Under the pieces are notes generated by a model. It was not told the origin of the DNA, searched no databases, and worked only from the letters and a program-made list of their open reading frames with translations. Source: Minisyncoccota bacterium (GTDB lineage: Bacteria; Patescibacteriota; Minisyncoccia; Phycocordibacterales; Phycocordibacteraceae). From it: 64,000 nucleotides of DNA. Position numbers and translations under genes: made by a program. Of this stretch, positions 8,226 through 16,736 are shown one piece after another. How positions within the stretch are numbered: the first letter of the stretch is position 1; every line of letters starts with the position of its first letter. The stretch is from assembly GCA_035548315.1 (NCBI GenBank), contig DASZTF010000044.1:31484-95483 (forward strand), written 5' to 3'.

Positions 8226-10316
8226 ATGGATTTCACTAAAATCAGTGCCGTCATGGCCGCACAGAAACGCTCGATCGCGATCGGCGCTTTTGTCATTGTG
8301 TCGGTTGTGGGCATCGGGTTCGGCATCGGCCTTGCGACCGGTGTCGTGAACGTCCCGTCAGCACACGCGTGCTGCGGTATGCCACCCCCGCCCCCTCCTC
8401 CGCCACCCCCGCCCCCTCCTCCGCCACCCCCGCCCCCGCCCCCTCCTCCGCCCCCGCCGCCGGAGAAGCCGAGCTGTACACTTTCGGCTAATCCGTCGAG
8501 CCTCACGGGTGAGGGCGATTCAAAGCTTTCCTGGACCACTAAGAATGCGACGTCCGCTTCCATCAATCAGGGCATCGGTTCGGTGAGTCTCAATGGCAGC
8601 AAGAGCGTCCATGTGACGCAGACCATCACCTACACGCTTACCGCAAAGAGCAAGGACGGCACGAGCGTTAGCTGCCACACGACTGTCACGGTGAAGACCA
8701 AGCAGAATGCACCGACCTGTACGCTCACGGCGAGCCCGACCAAGATCAATCAGGGCGGCAAATCGACGCTTTCCTGGACGACCGACAATGCGACGTCGTT
8801 CTCGATCAACCAGGGCATCGGCAATGTAAAGCCGGTATCGGGTGGTTCGCTGAGTGTCTCTCCGATCCAGACGATTACCTACACTGGTACGGCTAAGGGC
8901 GACGGCGGCACCGTCACCTGCTCGACGACTATTACGGTCGTGACGAAGCAGAACGGCCCGACCTGTACGCTCTCGGCGTCTCCGCAGAACATCAAGCCGG
9001 GCAAGAGCTCCACGCTCACCTGGACGACCGATAACGCGACCTCCGTGTCAATCGATCACGGCATCGGCGACGTGAAGCTTTCCGGCAGCAAGGACGTCTC
9101 GCCGAACAAGGACACCACCTACACCCTCACGGCGCAGGGCAAGGGAGGTACGGTAACGTGTCAGACGACGATCACCGTGTCGGAGAATCCGGGCCCGGAG
9201 TGCACGCTCGACATCAGCCCAGACAACATCGACAAGGGCGATAACGCTACCATCAAGTGGACGACCGATAACGCTGAGTCGTTCAAGATCGACCACGGTA
9301 TCGGGAATGTGAAGCCGGTCGACAAGGGTTCGGAGAAAATCTCGCCGAACGACGACACCACCTACACGGGCACCGCGACGTCGAAGGACGGCCGCACCGC
9401 GACGTGTAAGGCATCGATCGACGTGGGTACTAACCACGGCGGTGGCGGTGGCCACAATAATAATGACGTCACCCTCACCGGCGCACCGACCCAGTCCCAG
9501 TCGTACGTGTATCTCTCGCAGATCCCGTACACCGGTCTTGACCTTGGTCCGGTGGGTACGGTCGTGTACTGGCTCGCGCTCGTGCTCTGGAGCCTCGGCC
9601 TCTCGTACCTCTTCCTCTTCAAATTCCTTCCGTTCGTGAAGGGTGGGGCGGTGGCGTTCGGTCACCAGGTGGGTGTCGCTCTCAACAGCGATGTACACAC
9701 TACGGCAAACGACCTCGTTCACGCGCACTACTCGCAGAATGTTGAGGACGTGCATATGCCGAATACGGAACCGATTGCTGAATCTACACTCGCGATGCCG
9801 AGCCGCGGCTACTCGACCTACGACGGCTTCCGCTCGTTCGCGACGGGTGGCGCGCTCTCGGTGGATGACATCGTGAAGGGCCTCTCGCGCCAGCCGGCTG
9901 CACCCGAACCGGTGCACGAAGCTCCGGCACCGATCGCGCCCGCACCGATGACTTTCGCTGACGAAGCACCGGCCATCCACCGCGAGGCTGACACGAACGT
10001 TCGCGGATTTATCGCCGCGGTCCTCGATGGCGATCGCAACGCGGTCTTCGGTATGCTCCGCACGATTGCGAAGGGCGGCGGAAGCTCGCAGGCGTTCCTC
10101 ACGGACGCAGTCTCCGCGCTCGATGACGCGTATCGCGCTCGCATCGACGGCACGCCCGTCGATCCGGAAGTGGCACGCATCCTTGCCGCGACGATGACGC
10201 CGACGCTCGAGCGCCTCATCGGCGCGCTCGCGACGGCAGTCGACTCGAGCTACTCGCAGGACTCGACCGCAGCGAAGCTCGCGCTCACCCGCGCGTTCGC
10301 CGTGATCGGGAAGTAA
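8226..10316 (+). CDS. Two-TM surface protein: signal-anchor, ~27-residue polyproline linker, five tandem Ig-like repeats, Gly-rich segment, second TM, ~220-aa cytoplasmic tail
   Basis: ATG at 8226 preferred over the track's GTG at 8199. The repeats follow the pattern CTL(T/S)ASP..I..G..STLSWTTDNATS.SI(N/D)(Q/H)GIG.VK...S.SP...TTYT.TA.G.GGTVTC.TTITV, five times. The internal IPYTG motif is followed by a hydrophobic helix and KF..K. Confidence 0.7.
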   Translation: MDFTKISAVMAAQKRSIAIGAFVIVSVVGIGFGIGLATGVVNVPSAHACCGMPPPPPPPPPPPPPPPPPPPPPPPPPPPEKPSCTLSANPSSLTGEGDSKLSWTTKNATSASINQGIGSVSLNGSKSVHVTQTITYTLTAKSKDGTSVSCHTTVTVKTKQNAPTCTLTASPTKINQGGKSTLSWTTDNATSFSINQGIGNVKPVSGGSLSVSPIQTITYTGTAKGDGGTVTCSTTITVVTKQNGPTCTLSASPQNIKPGKSSTLTWTTDNATSVSIDHGIGDVKLSGSKDVSPNKDTTYTLTAQGKGGTVTCQTTITVSENPGPECTLDISPDNIDKGDNATIKWTTDNAESFKIDHGIGNVKPVDKGSEKISPNDDTTYTGTATSKDGRTATCKASIDVGTNHGGGGGHNNNDVTLTGAPTQSQSYVYLSQIPYTGLDLGPVGTVVYWLALVLWSLGLSYLFLFKFLPFVKGGAVAFGHQVGVALNSDVHTTANDLVHAHYSQNVEDVHMPNTEPIAESTLAMPSRGYSTYDGFRSFATGGALSVDDIVKGLSRQPAAPEPVHEAPAPIAPAPMTFADEAPAIHREADTNVRGFIAAVLDGDRNAVFGMLRTIAKGGGSSQAFLTDAVSALDDAYRARIDGTPVDPEVARILAATMTPTLERLIGALATAVDSSYSQDSTAAKLALTRAFAVIGK
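8382..8462 (+). repeat. Imperfect 21-nt tandem repeat (CCACCCCCGCCCCCTCCTCCG-like) encoding a ~27-residue Pro run
   Basis: Direct reading of the sequence: two full 21-nt units plus a longer degenerate third. Confidence 0.85.
8472..9430 (+). repeat. Five tandem ~240-bp intragenic repeats (Ig-like domains)
   Basis: Repeated protein pattern with recurring codon blocks such as tggacgaccgataacgcgac. Confidence 0.8.
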
Positions 10317-10327
10317 CTCCACACAAG

Positions 10328-10364
10328 AAAACCGCCGCCTCCTTCGAGGCGGCGGGTTTCTTTT
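10328..10364. terminator. Bidirectional intrinsic terminator between convergent genes
   Basis: aaaccgccgcct-ccttcg-aggcggcgggttt flanked by an A-run and cttttg. Confidence 0.7.
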
Positions 10365-10367
10365 GCC

Positions 10368-12122
10368 TTAGATATTTGCGCGTTCTTTGATGCGCGCGAG
10401 GGTCGCATCGATAAATTCTTGGAGTGGCACCGTGGCCTTGTCGCCGTTGCGATTATTTTCTACCGTCATGGTGCCGGCACCTGCTTCTGCATCACCGAGC
10501 ACGATGAAGCACGGAACCTTCGCCGTCTTCACTGCGCGGATGCGCTTGCCGAGCGAGTCATCGGCATGCAGCTCTGCGCGGATGCCGGCTTCTTTGAGTT
10601 TGCTCATGACTTCGTTCGCATAGTCTGCGTGCTTCTCAGAGACAGGGAGCACCGCTGCCTGCACTGGCGCGAGCCAGAGCGGGAACACGCCCGCCGTGTG
10701 CTCGATGTAAACCGAGAGGAAACGCTCGAGCGAACCGGCGATCGCGAGGTGGATCATCACTGGCGTCTTCGGCGATCCATCGGTGTCGATGTATTCAAGT
10801 GCAAAGCGTGCCGGCTGCACGAAGTCGAGCTGGCCCGTAGCGAGCTGGTGTTCGCGGCCGATCGCATCCGTGGCCATGAAGTCGATCTTAGGTCCGTAGA
10901 AAGCTGCTTCCCCCCGCGCGATGAAGTAGTCGAACCCGCCGTTCTTCGCGATGGCTTCGAGCTGCGCTTCGGCGCTATCCCAGAGTGCGGATTCACCAAG
11001 GTACTTTTCGGGCGTAGCCGGATCACGGAAGGAAAGTCGTGCACGGAACTTCATGCCCATCGTGGCATAAAACTCCATCACCATCTGCATGATCGAACCA
11101 TATTCCTGCTCGATCTGGTCGGGGCGGCAGAACACATGGCTGTCGTCCTGCGTGATCGAGCGCACACGCGAGAGGCCCGCGAGCTCGCCCTTTTTCTCAT
11201 CGCGGTATACCGTCGTGGTCTCGAGGTAGCGGAGCGGGAGGTCGCGGTAGCTGCGGCCGCGCGACGCATAGATCTGCGTGTGGTGCGGGCAGTTCATCGG
11301 CTTCAGTACGAACTTGTCGCTCGTCTCCTGGCTCTTCACGAGGAAGAGTTCGTTGCCGAACTTGGCCCAGTGGCCAGACTTCTCGTAGAGCTCCTGCTTC
11401 GTGATGTGCGGGATCCATACGCGGTCGAACCCACGCTTGGTGCGCAGTTCTTGCGAGTACCGATGAATCTCTTCGCGCAGCACCGTGCCCTTGGGAGTGA
11501 AGAGTGGGAGGCCTGAACCGACAAGCTCGGAGAACGTAAATAGGTCGAGCTCCACCCCGAGTTTGCGGTGGTCACGCTTCTTCGCTTCCTCGAGCTGGAC
11601 CTTGTAGGCGTCGAGGTCGGCCTTGGTATCAAACGCCAGCCCATAAATACGCGTGAGCTGGGGCTTGTTCTCATCGCCGCGCCAGTAGGCGCCCGCGATG
11701 CGGTCGAGGAGGAATGCGTCGGCCTCAATGTCGTGCGCCGGGTGCTCGCTGTGACCACCGCGGCACAGGTCGGTAAAGCCCCCTGCGGTGTAGAGCGTGA
11801 TTTTCTCGCCCCTCTCTGTGATCTCGTCGATGAGTTCGAGCTTGAACGGGTTGTCCTTGAACCGGTCCTTTGCGTCGGCCTCGGACACTTCCACACCGGT
11901 CATGCTGGTCCAGGAGGGCAGGAGGTCGCGCATGTCCGCGGTGAGCTTCTCGAGTTCTTCTTCGCCAGGTTTTTCACCGGCTGAGAAATCAAAGTCGTAA
12001 TAAAAGCCATTGTCGACAGCAGGGCCGATGGTGGCCTTGGCGTGCGGGTAGCGCTCCGCCACGGCTGCAGCCAAGAGATGCGCGAGGGTGTGGCGCTTTT
12101 CAGGAAGTGAGGCCATGTACAT
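10368..12122 (-). CDS. thrS: Threonine--tRNA ligase lacking N-terminal TGS domain
   Basis: The N2 editing-domain region HTLAHLLAAAVAERYPHAKATIGPAVDNGFYYDFDF, class II catalytic core and anticodon-binding domain are all present. Begins at the editing domain. First ATG used; the track start is GTG at 12146. Confidence 0.85.
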   Translation of the reverse strand: MYMASLPEKRHTLAHLLAAAVAERYPHAKATIGPAVDNGFYYDFDFSAGEKPGEEELEKLTADMRDLLPSWTSMTGVEVSEADAKDRFKDNPFKLELIDEITERGEKITLYTAGGFTDLCRGGHSEHPAHDIEADAFLLDRIAGAYWRGDENKPQLTRIYGLAFDTKADLDAYKVQLEEAKKRDHRKLGVELDLFTFSELVGSGLPLFTPKGTVLREEIHRYSQELRTKRGFDRVWIPHITKQELYEKSGHWAKFGNELFLVKSQETSDKFVLKPMNCPHHTQIYASRGRSYRDLPLRYLETTTVYRDEKKGELAGLSRVRSITQDDSHVFCRPDQIEQEYGSIMQMVMEFYATMGMKFRARLSFRDPATPEKYLGESALWDSAEAQLEAIAKNGGFDYFIARGEAAFYGPKIDFMATDAIGREHQLATGQLDFVQPARFALEYIDTDGSPKTPVMIHLAIAGSLERFLSVYIEHTAGVFPLWLAPVQAAVLPVSEKHADYANEVMSKLKEAGIRAELHADDSLGKRIRAVKTAKVPCFIVLGDAEAGAGTMTVENNRNGDKATVPLQEFIDATLARIKERANI

Positions 12123-12151
12123 TCGAGAATACCACGATTTCCTCACGCGAC

Positions 12152-15100
12152 TTAGAGCGTTTTCAGGTTATCGATCGCGAGCGAGATCTCGCCGTTGCGG
12201 TCGGAGATGGTCGCTTTAAGCAGGAGGCAAGTGCCCGGAACGACTTTCGCGCCGACCTCTTTATAGAGTTTGGGGAAGACGACGCCCTCGATCGAGTCGG
12301 TCTTGTCTTCGAATTTCACGAACGCCATTTTCTCGCCCGACTTGGTGAGGATAGTGCGCACGTCAGAGACGAGCACGGGGATGATCACCGGCCGGCCTTT
12401 GTGCGGGTCGGCGTTGATTGCGCTTATCGTGAGCTTGGCGCGCGCGAGGGTATCTTCGTGTGCGTCGAGGGGGTGCCCTGATACGTAAATGCCGAGCAGT
12501 TCTTTTTCCGCGCGCAGTTTCTCACCGATCGGGAGTTCGGGCGCGGGGATAAGGGTGAGGGTGGGCGCCGCGAGCGCACCAAAGAGCGAGTCCTGCGGGG
12601 ATTCCTTGGCGGCATCGCGATGGAATTCGAGCATGCGGTCGATATTTTCCATGAGTGTGCCGCGTTCCGCGAAGGAATCGAGCGCTCCTGCCTTGATAAG
12701 CGATTCGAGCGATTTCTTATTCAAATTTTTTGATCCCACACGGATGAGAAAGTCAGAAATAGTTGCGAACGGTCCGTGCGCGGTACGCTCCGCAAGTATT
12801 GCTTCCGCGATGCCCTCGCCAAAGTTCTTGATCGAGGAGAGGCCGAATCGAATCGTGTCTTTCTTTTCTCCCACAATGGTGAACACCGCTCCGCTCTCGT
12901 TCACGTCGGGCGGCAGCACGGGTATGTGGAGGCGCTCTGCCTCAGCAATAAGGACCGCGATCGATTCAGTGTCGCCCGCGTCCGCCGTAAGGAGCGCCGT
13001 CATGTATTCCACCGGGTGGTTGGCCTTCATGTATGCGGTCTGGTACGCGACCTTCCCGTAGCTTGCGGCGTGCGCTTTGTTGAACCCGTACGCAGCGAAC
13101 GGTTCGATAAGCGCCCAGATCGCTTTCCCTTTTTCAGGCGGGAGCTTGCCGTACTCTACAAATCCTTTGAGCAACTTTTCTTTTTGTGCCTCCATTTCCG
13201 CAGGGATTTTCTTACCCATGGCCTTGCGGAGCGTGTCGGCTTCGAGCCAGGAATAGCCGCCGAGCGTAATGGCGGTGAGGAGCACGTCGTCCTGGTACAC
13301 GAGGAGTCCGTAGGACGCACCCAAGTATTCCTTCATGCGCGGATCCATGTACGTCACCAGTCCGGGATTACGCTTGCGCTCGATGTACTGCGGGATCGTT
13401 TCCATTGGGCCCGGGCGGTAGAGCGCCACCATGGCGTTGATATCGTGGATGGTGGTCGGTTTGAGCTCCTTCAAGTAGCGCGTCATGCCGGAGCCGTTCA
13501 GCTGGAACGTGCCTTCCGTCTCGCCCCGCGCGAGCATGGCAAACGTCTTCGCGTCGTCGAGCGGGATGTTCTCAATATCGATCACGATGCCGCGGGTTTC
13601 CTTCACGCGCTCCATGGCGTCGGCGAGGATGGAGAGGTTCTTGATCCCGAGGAAGTCGTACTTGAGGAGCCCCGCGTCTTCTACGGCGTGCATGTCGTAC
13701 TGCGTGATGAGCTTGCCCGTTTTCGGATCGGTCTGGAGTGGCGTCCATTCGGTAAGGGGAGTCGGTGATATCACCACGCCCGCGGCATGCACGCCGGTAT
13801 GGCGCGCAGAGCCCTCGATGCGCATCGCGAGGTCGAGTATTTCTTTCACGTCTTCGTCTTCGGTATAGAGCTGCTTGAGTTCGGGCTCTTCTTTAAACGC
13901 GCGTTCGATGGTCATCGGGAATCCTTGCTGGCCGATGGGGATGAGCTTAGCGATGCGGTCGCCCGTGCCGTAGCTGTGCCCGAGCGCGCGCGCCACATCG
14001 CGTACTGCTGCGCGCGCCATCATGGTGCCGAAGGTGCCGATCTGCGCGACGTGGTCTTCGCCATAACGCTGCTTGGCGTACGCGATCATTTCGTCGCGGC
14101 GAGTATCGGCGTAGTCCATATCGATATCGGGTGCTTTCGGACGCTCGGGGTTGAGGAATCGTTCGAAGGGGAGTTGGTATTCGAGCGGATCGACGTTCGT
14201 GATGCCGGTCACATAGGAGACGAGCGATCCGGCGGCCGATCCGCGCGTGGTCGTGAGAATACCCGCCTGCTTGGCGAACGTGAGCAGGTCGGACACCACG
14301 AGGAAGTACGGCGCGAACCCTTTTTCGATGATCACGCCGAGCTCGTACTCGAGTCGCTTAACGACCGCCGGATTTTCCTTGGAGAGTCCGCGTGCCGTGA
14401 GACCTTTGTAGGCTTTCTCGCGCAACATATCGGCGTGCGTTTTACCTGGCTCCTCGGGAAAATTGGGGAACACCCAGCTCCCGAGCGTGAGCGAGACATT
14501 ACAGCGCTCCGCAATTTCTCCCGAACGGTCGACTGCGTCTTCCATGCCCTTAAATCGTTTACGCATCTCCTTTTCGGTAACGAAGGAAAAGTCCTCCTCC
14601 TCATTGCGGTCTGCCTGCCCGTGCTGGATGCGCCGCATCACTGATGTCGCTTCGCGATCGTCGGGGTCGAGGTAGTACACGTCCTGCTGTGCGACCAGCG
14701 GCACGCCGCTTCGCTTCGAAAGCTCCATCACCTTGCGCATTTTTTCTTCGTGGCCCGCGGCTTTGGGGTGATGGGTGATTTCAAGAAACAGATTATCCTT
14801 CCCGAAAATGCTCGACCACTCGGCGAGCGCGGCGCCCGCCGCCTCGTCCTGCCCGCTCGCGAGGAGGCGGGGCACATCACCCGCAAACGACGGCATGAGC
14901 GCGATGAGACCATGCGCGTGTTCTCGGATAAGGTCCATGTCCATGAGCGGTCGGTCGAAGAATCCTTCCGTGAACGATCTCGTCACGAGCGCCATGAGGT
15001 TCTTGTAGCCGGTATTATTTTCTGCGAGCAGCACGAGACGCGTGCGCTTTTCAGCGGTAGCCTGGTCCCGATCGAACCGCGAGCGCGGCGCAATGTACGC

Positions 15101-15316
15101 GTCGACGCCGATAATCGGTTTGATGCCGGCCTTCGCACACTTCTGATAGAGCTCGATCGCGCCGTGGAGGTTACCGTTATCGGTGAGTCCGAGCGCGGGC
15201 ATACCGTACTTCTTCGCGCGCTCGACCAGTTCGTCGACTTTGGGCAGCGCCTGGAGGAAGCTGTAGTGGCTGTGTGTGTGGAGGTGGACGTACTTTCCAT
15301 TACTCGTGCCGGCCAT
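12152..15316 (-). CDS. dnaE: DNA polymerase III alpha subunit
   Basis: PHP domain start MAGTSNGKYVHLHTHSHYSFLQALPK, palm and fingers motifs, 1054 aa. Stop is 2 nt from the thrS start region, so co-oriented and operon-like. Confidence 0.95.
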   Translation of the reverse strand: MAGTSNGKYVHLHTHSHYSFLQALPKVDELVERAKKYGMPALGLTDNGNLHGAIELYQKCAKAGIKPIIGVDAYIAPRSRFDRDQATAEKRTRLVLLAENNTGYKNLMALVTRSFTEGFFDRPLMDMDLIREHAHGLIALMPSFAGDVPRLLASGQDEAAGAALAEWSSIFGKDNLFLEITHHPKAAGHEEKMRKVMELSKRSGVPLVAQQDVYYLDPDDREATSVMRRIQHGQADRNEEEDFSFVTEKEMRKRFKGMEDAVDRSGEIAERCNVSLTLGSWVFPNFPEEPGKTHADMLREKAYKGLTARGLSKENPAVVKRLEYELGVIIEKGFAPYFLVVSDLLTFAKQAGILTTTRGSAAGSLVSYVTGITNVDPLEYQLPFERFLNPERPKAPDIDMDYADTRRDEMIAYAKQRYGEDHVAQIGTFGTMMARAAVRDVARALGHSYGTGDRIAKLIPIGQQGFPMTIERAFKEEPELKQLYTEDEDVKEILDLAMRIEGSARHTGVHAAGVVISPTPLTEWTPLQTDPKTGKLITQYDMHAVEDAGLLKYDFLGIKNLSILADAMERVKETRGIVIDIENIPLDDAKTFAMLARGETEGTFQLNGSGMTRYLKELKPTTIHDINAMVALYRPGPMETIPQYIERKRNPGLVTYMDPRMKEYLGASYGLLVYQDDVLLTAITLGGYSWLEADTLRKAMGKKIPAEMEAQKEKLLKGFVEYGKLPPEKGKAIWALIEPFAAYGFNKAHAASYGKVAYQTAYMKANHPVEYMTALLTADAGDTESIAVLIAEAERLHIPVLPPDVNESGAVFTIVGEKKDTIRFGLSSIKNFGEGIAEAILAERTAHGPFATISDFLIRVGSKNLNKKSLESLIKAGALDSFAERGTLMENIDRMLEFHRDAAKESPQDSLFGALAAPTLTLIPAPELPIGEKLRAEKELLGIYVSGHPLDAHEDTLARAKLTISAINADPHKGRPVIIPVLVSDVRTILTKSGEKMAFVKFEDKTDSIEGVVFPKLYKEVGAKVVPGTCLLLKATISDRNGEISLAIDNLKTL

Positions 15317-15337
15317 ATACCCTAGTATACTTTCTTC

Positions 15338-15931
15338 ATGAAATTTGTGCCCAAAGCGGTGATCGGCGTCGATGAGGCAGGAAGGGGACCGCTCGCGGGG
15401 CCGGTGGCGGTGGGGTTCGTGCTGGTGCCGAAGGGGTTTGACGTGGCGAAGGAATTTCCCGGTGTCGATGATTCGAAAAAGCTCACGGAAGGGAAGCGGG
15501 AAGAACTATTTGAAATGCTCACCCGCCGCGCGGAGCGCGGCGATATTTCCTACTGCGTGCGGTACGGGAGCCACGCGATGATCGATGCGCGCGGCATGAC
15601 GCGCGTGGTGCGCGCCGCTATTGGGCGTGGTGTGCGGACGCTTGCGCCAGAATCACGCGGCGTGCACGTGTACCTCGATGGCTTGCTCCACGCGCCGCAA
15701 GAGTACTCGCAAGAGACGGTGATTCACGGAGACTCACTCATTCCCATTATTTCTCTTGCTTCGATTGCGGCAAAAGTCTCTCGAGACAGACTCATGCAGC
15801 GCTATGAGAAAAAGTTTCCGGGGTACGGCTTCGCGGTTCACAAGGGGTACGGCACCAAGCTCCACTACCAGATGCTTTCGGAACTTGGCCCTTCAGAAAT
15901 CCACCGCCGTTCCTACCTACCTTCACGATAG
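15338..15931 (+). CDS. rnhB: Ribonuclease HII
   Basis: VIGVDEAGRGPLAGPV catalytic DEAGRG motif, and a DDSKKL motif. Confidence 0.9.
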   Translation: MKFVPKAVIGVDEAGRGPLAGPVAVGFVLVPKGFDVAKEFPGVDDSKKLTEGKREELFEMLTRRAERGDISYCVRYGSHAMIDARGMTRVVRAAIGRGVRTLAPESRGVHVYLDGLLHAPQEYSQETVIHGDSLIPIISLASIAAKVSRDRLMQRYEKKFPGYGFAVHKGYGTKLHYQMLSELGPSEIHRRSYLPSR

Positions 15932-16031
15932 CTTCACCTGTGTGGTACAATCACACGATGTCTGCTGATTCGTCGCCTACGGGGACGGAGCAGCTGGCAC
16001 TGGGCCAACAACAAAATCTTTGGGAAAAGAC

Positions 16032-16217
16032 ATGCCACTGGAAAAGAGTAAGAGGGAACTACCTGAGGGCTCTGCCTGCATAGGGTGCCCCTTTTTTGAA
16101 GGCATTGCTTCGGGTAACCGCAGAAGTGCCGAATGCCTCTGTGGCCGGCTTCGCAGGCTGGTATCCGCGATCATGACGCTTGGCGTCTGTCCCGCGGTTG
16201 TACCGACACGCGATTGA
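16032..16217 (+). pseudogene. YceD/DUF177-like C-terminal zinc-ribbon remnant upstream of rpmF
   Basis: ELPEGSACIGCPFFEGIASGNRRSAECLCG follows the DUF177 C-terminal pattern LP-x4-C-x2-C ... C-x-C. The frame is closed by a stop at 15966-15968, so no full-length ~170-aa DUF177 is possible. The position immediately upstream of rpmF matches the conserved yceD-rpmF synteny. Confidence 0.3.
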
Positions 16218-16228
16218 ACGGTTGATGG

Positions 16229-16262
16229 CTAGGTGAAAAGGCGTCGCTTCCGAGCGGCGCCT
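16229..16262 (+). terminator. Hairpin + T-run between YceD remnant and rpmF
   Basis: aaggcgtcgc-ttccga-gcggcgcctt followed by cacattttta. Confidence 0.45.
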
Positions 16263-16297
16263 TCACATTTTTATGCCCGCGTGCTACAGTGGCCGCC

Positions 16298-16663
16298 ATG
16301 TCAATTCGAATGCGCCATACCCGCGGCCACACCAATAACCGCCGCTCCCATCATGCCTTGAAGCGCATGACCATCGTCACGGACAAAGAGTCCGGCAATC
16401 TCCGCCTCCCGCACCGTATCGACGAGGCGACCGGCATGTACCGCGGCAAGCAGATTTTCACCCCGAAGACGAAAGGGTCGAAGACCCTGAGGAGCGGAGC
16501 GACGAAGGGCGTCGAGCCGAAGCTTCCGAAGGAAGACCGCCACGCCGATCACGAGCATATAGAGCAGACGAGTGCCAAGAAGGGAGGCCTCATGCGTCGG
16601 TTCGTGGGCGGCGGACGTCCGCAGGCCCGCTCCGGCATGGGCGGCGGCTCCGGCGGCAAATAA
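16298..16663 (+). CDS. rpmF: 50S ribosomal protein L32 with ~60-aa Lys/Gly-rich C-terminal extension
   Basis: [21 protein letters not shown] ... [21 protein letters not shown] aligns to the bL32 signature (RRSHxAL, LxxxHxI, YRGxxI). Track start is GTG at 16289; the ATG at 16298 lies just after a TACAGT -10. Confidence 0.7.
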   Translation: MSIRMRHTRGHTNNRRSHHALKRMTIVTDKESGNLRLPHRIDEATGMYRGKQIFTPKTKGSKTLRSGATKGVEPKLPKEDRHADHEHIEQTSAKKGGLMRRFVGGGRPQARSGMGGGSGGK

Positions 16664-16685
16664 TTTCTCCACGTGTGATATCCAC

Positions 16686-16716
16686 GGCCCCGCTTCGCGG
16701 GGCCGTTGTGTTTGCT
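16686..16716 (+). terminator. Rho-independent terminator after rpmF
   Basis: ggccccgc-ttc-gcggggcc perfect 8-bp stem followed by gttgtgtttgct. Confidence 0.7.
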
Positions 16717-16736
16717 ATACTCGTACACAGAGTTCC

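Noticed and set aside
9048-10322. 424-aa ORF antisense to the Ig-repeat surface protein gene, and the poly-Gly ORF at 8213-8566 antisense to the polyPro tract
   Set aside because: Arg/Asp/Val-rich low-information translation; the real gene is on the + strand.
12776-14644. Long + strand ORFs (330 aa, 285 aa) inside dnaE
   Set aside because: They shadow the dnaE gene on the minus strand; no motifs.
15932-16297. Possible structured ncRNA (RNase P RNA, SRP RNA or tmRNA) in the rnhB-rpmF spacer
   Set aside because: No match to the conserved RNase P (GGAAAGUCCGG, ACAGAACCCGGCUUA), SRP (GGAAGCAGCCAAGG) or tmRNA 3' (GGUUCGAUUCC...CCA) motifs. The region is better explained by a promoter, the YceD-remnant ORF and a terminator.
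16572-16736. N-terminal 55-aa extension of the NusB ORF (from 16572)
   Set aside because: It overlaps the rpmF 3' end and terminator. The NusB homology starts at MANRH, which is preceded by a TATACT box.
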